Shown piece after piece: positions 54,211 through 64,000 of a DNA stretch of 64,000 nt (position 1 is the stretch's first letter; every line of letters begins with the position of its first letter). The notes below the pieces were generated by a model. The model did not search any database, was not told the origin of the DNA, and saw nothing but the letters and a program-made list of their open reading frames with translations. The position numbers and the translations under genes are program-made. This stretch comes from Octopus bimaculoides (Eukaryota), in assembly GCF_001194135.2 (NCBI RefSeq), contig NC_068989.1:65825765-65889764 (forward strand), written 5' to 3'.

Positions 54211-55011
54211 GTGCGTGTGTGCGTGTGTGTGTAGACACACAGTGAAGTGTCGAGTGAGTTGGTATTTCAGAAAGGAAAGAGATTTCGAACGCAGGAGAAA
54301 AGTTGTGATGACAGCTTATAGAACGTGGTAAAATACCCTTATAGATTTCCTTCATTTCTAAAATATGCACGTATATATGTATTTGTAAAATTTATATACA
54401 AGTGTTTATGTCATACATTTGTCTATAAGTGGTATGATTTTCTTAAGAAGTTACAATAGAAGTCGCATATTTTATGGCTTCAACGGCATCAAGCAATAAA
54501 CATGTTGTGGCAGTGACGACTGTGGTGATCTATAACCGTTTTGTTTGAAAAACTGGCGTATGATTACTATTGAGAGAGATACCATTAAAACATCCTACAA
54601 TATGTACTTAAATGGCTGTACGTAATCTACTACACTTGACTGTAAATGTAATATGTATTAAAAGAGTCGGGGTACTTCTATATCATTTTTTCCTTTAGGT
54701 TAAAGTCTATTTTATACCACGGTAACTGATACCATTGTAGAGGCAAAGTGGAAGACGGTTACCAACTAGTAAAAGAGCAGGTTTGACATGTAGGCATTCT
54801 GAATTTTTTTATACAAAACAATATTTAAACCTGGAGTCTAGAATATACCATCGGAAGAGATTCGTTTCACATTAATGTAAATGGAGTTACAAAGCAATCA
54901 ATGAAATTGGTGCTGACCTTTGCGTTGAATGACAATTATCAATGGGAGGTAAAAATCACAGTAATTAATGAAATATTTTTTCAAGAGGGAAAAGGGAGAG
55001 AATTCTTAGAT

Positions 55012-55140
55012 TGTGGCTCTGTGGTAAGAAGCTAGCTTCCCAACCACAAATTTCCTGGTTTAGTATCACTGCATCACACCCTTGGCAAGTGTCTTCTACT
55101 ATAGCCCTACATGCCGACTAATGTCATGTGAGTGGATTTC
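55012..55140 (+). mobile_element. SINE family A 5' fragment
   Basis: gtggctctgtggtaagaagctagcttcccaaccac...cttggcaagtgtcttctactatagcc. Confidence 0.65.
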
Positions 55141-55580
55141 GTATATATATATATGCATATATATATATATATATATACATATAAATTTGACATGGAAGGG
55201 AGAATTTAGTGAATCGACAGAAATCATCAATAGAAACCAAACAAGCAACAAGCACAGTTCTCGATGAACTAATCTACATCAATATTGACAGAATGAGGGA
55301 CCACATATGGTGCATATCCAAAATCTATCAATACTTTCAGAAGTAACAAACAACATTCTTTTAATAAGAATACGATTTATAAATTATACAATACTATAAT
55401 AATTATTATTTTGGTTATTAAATTTATTTACCAAGTCAAATGAAAGTATTTTTTATTATCTTATATATATATATATATATATATGACAGGAAGGACAACA
55501 AAAGAAAGAAAGAGACCTCGATATTATGCAAATAGAGGAATTTATCTATTAAAGATATGTGACACTTATTCAGTAGCAAT

Positions 55581-55641
55581 GATAACACTCCGAGTTTCGG
55601 ATTCCAGGGTGGGAGCTCACGCCAACATCTCTTCAGTTATC
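55581..55641 (-). ncRNA. Hammerhead-like motif in left arm, GUG triplet (predicted non-cleaving)
   Basis: GAUAA-CUGAAGA-stem II-GAAA-CUCGGAGU-G-UUAUC: 5-bp stem I, but position 17 is G. Confidence 0.5.
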
Positions 55642-55698
55642 CGGCCAATTGAAAATTAGTGTGAAAAACTTTTTTCACAGGAATTTTCAATTGGCCGT

Positions 55699-55757
55699 AT
55701 AACTGAAGAGATGTTGGCGTGGGCTCCCATCCTGGCATCCGAAACTCGGAGTTTTAT
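55699..55757 (+). ncRNA. Minimal type-I hammerhead-like motif in right arm
   Basis: AUAA / CUGAAGA (55703-55709) / long stem II (55710-55740, one bulged C) / GAAA (55741-55744) / stem III ACU-CGG-AGU / GUU triplet (predicted cut after 55753) / UUAU. Confidence 0.6.
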
Positions 55758-56408
55758 CATTGCTACTGAATAAGTGTCACATATCTTTAATAGATAAATT
55801 CCTCTATTTGCATAATATCGAGGTCTCTTTTTTCTTTTGTTGTCCTTCCTGTCATATATATATATATATATATATATACCCATACACATACATAAAATGT
55901 ACGCACATATATCCGTACATATACATACATATATATACGCAACGTGCTTAGAAAGTTTTATTAAATGCGTATATCTGTACTGGTATGTATACATTTATAA
56001 GTGTACGTATATGTGTATATATGAATAGCTATATTTTATTGTATATGCATGTAAGCGCTGATATACAACGGCATATGTTAATGTGTATTTATCTGATGCC
56101 ATCGATATATCGTTATACATATGTGTGTGCTTGAACATGTATACATGAATGTACACGTATATATGTATATGTGTGTATATGTATGTGTATGTGAATATAT
56201 ATATATGTGTGTGTGTGTGTGCGTGTGTGTATCTCTGTATATATGTGTGTGTGCGTGTGTATATATATGTATGTATATATGTATAGGTATGGATATGTAT
56301 ATTTATATATGTGTGTGTATGCATATGTATGTATATGTGTGTATGGGTATGTGTATATGTACATGTATGTATATGTATATGTATACGTGTGTGTGAGTGT
56401 GTGTATGA

Positions 56409-56503
<95 letters not shown>

Positions 56504-57229
56504 AATATATATATATATATATGTATGTATGTTTGTATGATAATAAAAAATAGTTTCATTTGACTTACTAAAGAAATTTAATAACCAAATATTTAATAAT
56601 TTAATAACCGATATTAGAAATAAACTTGAGGCAATACGTCACCTGCATCGCATGGGACGACCACCATTTCACTGTAACAATATACGCGCACAAAAGTAAA
56701 AAACAAATCGAACTAACATATTAGTTTCACAAGTAAACAAACTGCTCGTTTCTATTACTAAAGTTAAAGTTCTACAGTGTTTCACCTCAATAGTCAAGCT
56801 GTTTGCTAAGTTTCGTGGGAGTCTCTCTCTCTCTAATAGACTTCCATAGACAATTGAATAAACGCTGCAGACATAGCCATTGGGATTAAACTGGCAAGCT
56901 ACCGAAGCTAAGTTCTCAGTTCCTTCCTTCAATGATTCTTAATTTCAATCTATTTAATCTTTTTATGTTTGTTACTTCAACCAGTCGACCTTTATAATTG
57001 CAATGAGCAATAACAAGTTGTGTTACTAGTGTTATGTTATGATCGTTCTGAATGTACTTTTGCTTTAAGTGTAGTTTTCAGTGCTTTTTCTTATGCAGAA
57101 TCTAAACCAAAATAACATTTTCCGTACTAGGCTTCTTTTCTTGTGACACTATTTTTTATTTTACCCCTACTAGGACAATTTTTATATGTAATAATAATAG
57201 ATCTCTTAATATAACTATTAAGATGTTAA

Positions 57230-59363
57230 TATGTTTTGGAAATACCATGCAAGTGCTACCAGTCGAAAGCTCCACAAACTGAATGCCAGCATGTATATGG
57301 GGTCATCAGGAGAAAATGCGCGCAGTTTCGGGGCCAACCGCTCGACGGCATCATTGCGCAGCGGCACCCCTTCACTGAAATGAGGCCCCACTTGCTAGAT
57401 CAACTTGTTATGAGATATAGCTCAATATTCTTCTAGCTACTGCTCATCATCTCTTTTTAGCCAAGTCCAGTGGCTTGCCTTTTCTACTGTAGTTTGGATA
57501 TCATTCATTGTGGTACATGCTTTACGATGAGTTAAGCCTAACGATAACAACTGTCGCCTCACATTGTGTCCAATGAATCCTCTACATCCAACTTCGATTG
57601 GAAAATGCTCCGCTTTCCAGCCTGCGCCTTCAGGTTCCTCGAGGAGGTTTATATAACGGTCAATCTTTCGCGCCATATTATGATATCTGGTTTCTTCGCG
57701 GCTAGGATACAAAATAACCTTTGGTACCCTGGTAATAGCGCAGCCACCTCTCAATAGCCGTTCCACTTTTCATTGCTCTCAGGAAGCTCCTTCTTCTTCA
57801 AACGGATCTGGTGTTCTGAGCGCATGAAGGTAATGAAATCTCTGGCTGGTTCTTTCAATGGTTTTTCGCCACTGTTGATGAGAGCAATTTGGTTCTTTAT
57901 AGAATTGAAGATAACCTTAAGATTGTGTCTCCATGTTTAACTATTCAATGCGAGTGAACAACTTGTAAGCATATATTTTAGTTGTCCGACATCTGCATAT
58001 GTCATTATTGAGACGTTCCATCCTAGAACATTTGTAGGCGATGGCAAGACTTCGTAGGATGAAGGAATCAAAAAACTTAGACGTTATTTAATCCACCTCC
58101 ATGTCTCATTCCAACTTCTTTTTCTCTCAGCATACTGTTTCTCCTATTTCATCATCTGGCCTTGTTGAGCGCATTGGATCAAATGAAGCTCTCTTCTCTC
58201 TGTTTCCCTTGTTTTGATGCTGTTGCTAATAACAGATATATGTTCGCTCCGCATCATGTTTCCAAACGGTCTGAACCGATCTGCGCCAAATCCAAATTCC
58301 TTCCGATGAATTTGCATTGCACCCACCATAATTCGGTGTTTAAGCGAAGGCAGGATGTCATCAGTCTCTGTTTCTGATTTCCACTTCCTGGCTGTTTTTA
58401 CATCTAGTGGATTACGACTGGTTTCTATATCCTTCGACTCTCTCAGCATCATCACAGTTCGTACCTTCCCTAGTTTCTAAATTTCGACTATTGACGCCAG
58501 TGATAACTACAACGAGCCTCTTTTACAATAGAGAGCTGAACTGTTCAATATCTGAGGTAGGCCTAACCACTTTCTAATTAATACATTACACTTTTGTTCA
58601 ATGATTTGAACTCGTAACAGTGTCACCTCGTATATTAAAAGTGGCCAATATGTCCTTCCTTGACTGTTGGAATGTTTTCTTCAGCTATTTAAACTTTTTT
58701 TTTTTTTTTGCAGTCCCTTGATGAATATCAGACTACGCGACTTTCTGCCCTGAATCGCATTCTTGACACTTCACCAGCTCGTCTAGCTTCAAGAGGGTAC
58801 TCTGCATGATTTGCTTGTCTGTCAACAGAAGTATGATGTTATCCATGAAGGCCTTCTTAGGTGATTGTACATGGGTGATTTGTTCTGTTAAGTTCGCTGC
58901 TTCCAAGATCATTTCCATGACTAGGATAACTCACGTGCCATATTGTGCAACGAGTAGCAATGTCAATCTCAAGTCGGTTCCAATCTGTTCTAAAATTTCC
59001 AGCTGTAAACCTCATCATGAAACTGTCATAATGTACCTGCATTAATTTTGTTACTTTCTCCGGAAAGAGGAAGTGGTCCAAGGCTCTGATCAGCAACTCC
59101 TGTGGTACTGAGCTATATGCATTAGCTAGATCAAGCCATACTACGTTCAGACTTGTCTTGGTCTGTTTGGCATCATGGATAACTTTCCAAATCGAAAATC
59201 AATGCTCAGCGCATCCAGGGATTCCAGGATTCCGGTCTTTTGAACACATTCATCAACATATTCACTACTCTGCAGATATCCTACTATTATCGTTGAGAGA
59301 ATTCCCTGTTTTGTAGTCTCTGTATTGGATTCCTTCGGCAGAGTTGATGCCAAGTTTATTTTT
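57230..59363 (-). mobile_element. 5'-truncated, decayed non-LTR retrotransposon with RT, Zn knuckle and restriction-like endonuclease (Hero/NeSL-type)
   Basis: VVWLDLANAYSSVPQELLIRAL...FPEKV...YDSFMMRF...DWNRLEIDIAT; KAFMDNII (YxDD-like); VKTARKWK; MLTSCSLAL...WRH; ARKIDRY...GWKAEHFPIEVGCRGF...VEKASHWTWLKR* with stop at 57437, then about 200 nt of putative 3' UTR. Confidence 0.85.
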
Positions 59364-59496
59364 AGAAATGATGACAAAAATAAACTTGGCATAAACTCTA
59401 AAAATAGCCAAACACATACTGCTGCTGTCCAAAGGAATAGGTATAAAAGACAGAAAACCAGCCAGTCTATTACAGTCTGTTACAGTCTGTCATACC

Positions 59497-59540
59497 GGCC
59501 ATGATGAAATACCACAAGGTATAGAAAATACGTATTCGCC
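59497..59540 (+). ncRNA. Decayed hammerhead-like motif
   Basis: GGC-C(A)UGAUGA-A-AUACC-ACAA-GGUAU-A-GAAA-AUACGUAU-UC-GCC: palindromic AAUACGUAUU stem III and UUC triplet, but one extra A in the core and an A.A mismatch closing stem II. Confidence 0.4.
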
Positions 59541-60250
59541 TTTATATATTTATATATTTAATCCTTTATATTGAACACTCAATATTTCATATATTCAATA
59601 AGACATTCAATACTTCATTTCATTGTACCATCCATCTTTTTTTATATTATATATAATATATTCCATATTCTATATCCCACATAAATTTTACAAGAATATA
59701 AATAAAAAACATAAAAAACAGACAGAGTTGGAACTCTTTTAAATAAAATTATATATATATACATATACATATATANNNNNNNNNNNNNNNNNNNNNNNNN
59801 NNNNNNNNNNNNNNNNNNNNNNNNNNNNNNNNNNNNNNNNNNNNNNNNNNNNNNNNNNNNNNNNNNNNNNNNNNNNNNNNNNNNNNNNNNNNNNNNNNNN
59901 NNNNNNNNNNNNNNNNNNNNNNNNNNNNNNNNNNNNNNNNNNNNNNNNNNNNNNNNNNNNNNNNNNNNNNNNNNNNNNNNNNNNNNNNNNNNNNNNNNNN
60001 NNNNNNNNNNNNNNNNNNNNNNNNNNNNNNNNNNNNNNNNNNNNNNNNNNNNNNNNNNNNNNNNNNNNNNNNNNNNNNNNNNNNNNNNNNNNNNNNNNNN
60101 NNNNNNNNNNNNNNNNNNNNNNNNNNNNNNNNNNNNNNNNNNNNNNNNNNNNNNNNNNNNNNNNNNNNNNNNNNNNNNNNNNNNNNNNNNNNNNNNNNNN
60201 NNNNNNNNNNNNNNNNNNNNNNNNNNNNNNNNNNNNNNNNNNNNNNNNNN

Positions 60251-60432
60251 NGATAACAAACGGTGATCGGGAACGAGGGGCTGTGTGTGGGAGGTAGAAT
60301 GCTGGTGATCTTGACGTATGTAGTGTGAAAATGGGGAAGGGAGAAAGGGAGAAAGTAGTTGGTCAGTTGTAGTGTGTGCGTGGTGTGATGCGAGGGTATT
60401 GGTGTGGTGTGATGTGAGGGGGTTGGGAGGTG
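60251..60432. repeat. Copy of a GT-rich interspersed repeat shared with 62445-62600
   Basis: Both contain gataacaa...tgatc...aacga...gaatgctggtgatcttgacgtatg...gtg...aaaatg. Confidence 0.6.
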
Positions 60433-60502
<70 letters not shown>

Positions 60503-60894
60503 TTCTGCTTTTCATATACGTATATATAGGTTTCTTGCGCCATCTAATTTATTGTTTCCTCGTGTTCGTAATTTATGTTAAATTTAGGGTGTATATTACA
60601 AACTTCAGTACATGTACATGACATCCGCTACTTTGCCTTATGCGCCATCGTACAATGTTTCTACGCTCATAGGATGAATGACTGCGTTTTGTATATTGAT
60701 TCCACATGTGCCTAATTTAGCTTTATCCAATGTTTTTCATTGGTGGCGGCCAAGTAAATAGACGTAGGTGATGCTGTGTCAATGATACTATAAATAATTA
60801 GCTCAATGCAATAAATTCTTTTTCTGGCAAGGTATGTCAGATCGCAGTTTACGATGAATATCAATAATCATTAAAAGGCTTTTTAATACTACTG

Positions 60895-61330
<436 letters not shown>

Positions 61331-62194
61331 GAACAAATAGATGGAAAAACAATCTACACCTTCATCAAATCAAGCAATTTTACGACTTTGTTCACCCAGA
61401 CTAATTTTATAGTTCTCAAAGATATCGCATCAGCACCAGAAGCAGATACAATTGACAGTCCTGAATAATTAATACAATGTTTTCAGCTTTTTTATTATTA
61501 TTATTTTGCTTGTTATTTTGTTTAAGTGTCTTGCTTTTTTTTTCTCTTTTCTTACGTTTTATTTCTTTCAACAAATGCGAAAATAAATGCAACAGTCAAA
61601 ACAAAACAAAAAAAAAACAAATAAAAAAGCGGGGAGGAATATAGTTCACGAATAATATTTCAGGAGATCAGATAATGAAATCTCAACACCAAAATAACTG
61701 AAACGCATAAAATATTCATTCACTTCACTTCAATATCGAGAATGTTTTATTAATAAACATAGTCACTGGTTACTTCTGCGGGGGGGGGGGATACATTTGA
61801 TGGTATCTAGCATTTCTTATGTACATTCATCTATTTCTGTCTGTCTCTTTCTCTCCTTCTCTCTGCCTCTCCCTCCCTTTCTATTTCTCTCTTTCTTGCA
61901 CGTTTATACCGACACCAGCAAGTGTTGTATTAGGGCTGTCAGCAGTGAGGAAGATAGAATGAAAATAGTCAGAGATCGCTATCTTACATATCTCAAAACC
62001 GAATAGTAATATGGGCGGTGAGATGTATACAGACGGGGAAATCGGTAAAAAATCAACTTTGATTAAATTTTGGTGAGTGATCATATGCACGACTGTGCAT
62101 GTGTTTTAATTATATTTCATGCAAATGTGTAATATTTTATATATACATAATATATACATACTTACATATAAGCACACACACATANNNNNNNNNN

Positions 62195-62640
62195 ATTCAC
62201 AAAAAAACAACAGAAGAAGATAGGTGGTATAGAAAACGAATAGATATATTAGTATAACGCTCGGGAATTAAAAAAAAGTCTTTAACGTTTCGACCCAACG
62301 CTCTTCCACAGAAAGGAACACTTAAAGAAACAAGGAGAGAAACAAGGAGAGAAAAAAATTAGTGTAGTGGTCAGCGATCTATCATGGGGAATGCCGGACA
62401 GAAGGGTCACACAGGACAGTTAACAAGAAGAGGTGATAACAAGGTAGTAGTGATCCCAAAACGAAGGTGCGTGTGTGTAAGAGAATGCTGGTGATCTTGA
62501 CGTATGCATGTGTGTACGTAGGTGTCAAAATGTGGGGACGGGAATTGGTCAATGCTGGTGTGTACGTGGTGGTGTGTTGTGATGTGTGGGGAAGGCGAGA
62601 GTAGGGAAAGCACGGCTGGGGGTAGAGGTGTTTGGAGTGT
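62195..62640 (-). mobile_element. Probable Penelope-like terminal-repeat remnant with a decayed hammerhead-like motif at 62278-62315
   Basis: Minus strand CUUU-CUGUGGAA-GAGC-GUUG-GGUC-GAAA-CGU-U-AAAG; same layout as the motif at 29769-29804. Confidence 0.35.
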
Positions 62641-62790
62641 CAGCCTAGTACTTATTTTATAGGAATCTCTTTTTGCCGAACCGCTAAGGTTACGGGGACT
62701 AAACACACGAACTTCGGTTGTCAACACATAGAGGGGGTTAAACACAGGAACAAAAACAGATACACAGACAAAGACATGCATATATATATA
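62640..62790 (-). mobile_element. SINE family A 3' fragment
   Basis: gcctagtacttatttt...ctctttttgccgaaccgctaaggttacggggac matches 714-770. Confidence 0.7.
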
Positions 62791-63948
62791 TATATATATA
62801 CACAAATATATATACATGCATAATTCTTAAAGAGGACAACAAATGTTAAGGTAATTCAAAGTCTTACTGCTGGGATATTCCGTCATCGGAGACAACAAGT
62901 GAAAATGAGCAGGGTATAGATTAATGAAATGATGACATAGACAACAGGGGAAAAGGAATAAGATGATGAAGAAAGAGAAGAACAAAGAAGCATAAAAGTT
63001 CAAAGTTCAACTTCCGTTCATGTAAATGTTAGTCCGGAAATCCGTAGGTGCAATCCTGTGTAAATCCTGTGTAGATTAAAGTCTTAATAGATCACCTGTG
63101 AACTAAACCCCCATATTTTTTTGTATATATATATATATATACATACATATATATATATACTTATATACATATAAATGTGTATATATGTGTGTATGTATGT
63201 GCGCGCGTTATGCAGATTTCTATATTAATGATTATCATATTTATACATGGCTACTACAAATATATGCATTGCCAAAAGTATTCATCGATAAAAAAAAATT
63301 TCTTTGCAATTTTTATTAAATTAAAGGAGCATTACGAGGCTACAGAAGATGAATACACACATACACGCATGCATACACACATACACACATATACACAAAA
63401 ATTCTGTCTCTCTGTCACTCTCTCTCTTACACACACAGACACTCTCCCTCTCTCTTTCTCTCAATCTCTCACACATACACTCTCCCTCTCTCTTTCTCTC
63501 AATCTCTCACACATACACTCACATACTCATAGACATAGCTCCACAAATATATATAAGGTTTGCTGAAACGCCATAAAAGAGCTGTGTAGGCTACCAAAAA
63601 ACTGAAAGATATTAAATTTTTTGAACCCTGACCAGGTTAGGAATTACTGGGGCATCAAAAATATGGGGTCCATGTACCTCATCAGCTAAACTGCAGAGCA
63701 GGCAACTAAATTGTTTGGATAAAGAGAGCATTCCTGGCGCCTACAGTTATGGGAATGCAAAGTAAGACATGTTTAACTTTGGTCGGATAAACTGGGCACG
63801 TGGTTCTGATGACGAAATATCTGAAGTCCACAAAATACCCAGACACATCAATGATAATGCATACTAGAGCATGTAGTCTATTACTTCGTGATATATATCC
63901 CAATATAACTCACATACCAACACACACACTCACATACACTCACATACA

Positions 63949-63984
<36 letters not shown>

Positions 63985-64000
63985 TATATATATATATATA

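Larger units (their letters stand above)
55484..55854. mobile_element. 371-bp near-perfect palindromic foldback element inside (TA)n
   Basis: Arms 55484-55668 and 55671-55854; manual alignment gives 7 substitutions plus 1 indel; 2-nt spacer (ct); TA repeats on both sides. Confidence 0.95.

Noticed and set aside
57300-57335. Type-II hammerhead in the Hero 3' UTR (GAAAC...CUGAUGA on minus)
   Set aside because: Stem II strands are CCCC against CCCC and cannot pair; stem I is absent.

Overview
This is an AT-rich, repeat-dominated eukaryotic draft scaffold. About 17 N-gaps (roughly 6.3 kb, ~10%) mostly abut microsatellites. The SINE families, simple-repeat load and decayed C2H2 zinc-finger array point to a cephalopod (Octopus-like) genome; this is inferred from sequence resemblance, not from a database search. 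I could not identify any intact protein-coding gene with confidence, and most ORF-track entries are microsatellite or N-gap artefacts. Supported content: more than 20 copies of three tRNA-derived SINE families; a decayed C2H2 zinc-finger pseudogene (45.5-47.4 kb); an internally deleted mariner with TIRs; a Hero/NeSL-type RLE LINE; an RTE LINE 3' end; a Helitron RepHel fragment; a Tigger/pogo-like MITE; two long foldback elements; and a short CCCTAA/TTAGGG inversion. The most notable signal is at RNA level: at least six minimal type-I hammerhead-ribozyme-like motifs, mostly with self-complementary stem III, as in Penelope-like elements. They include a 371-bp near-perfect palindrome with one hammerhead on each strand and a variant with a U3-A8 compensatory core. 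Repeat-family assignments rest on motif recognition and manual translation only.
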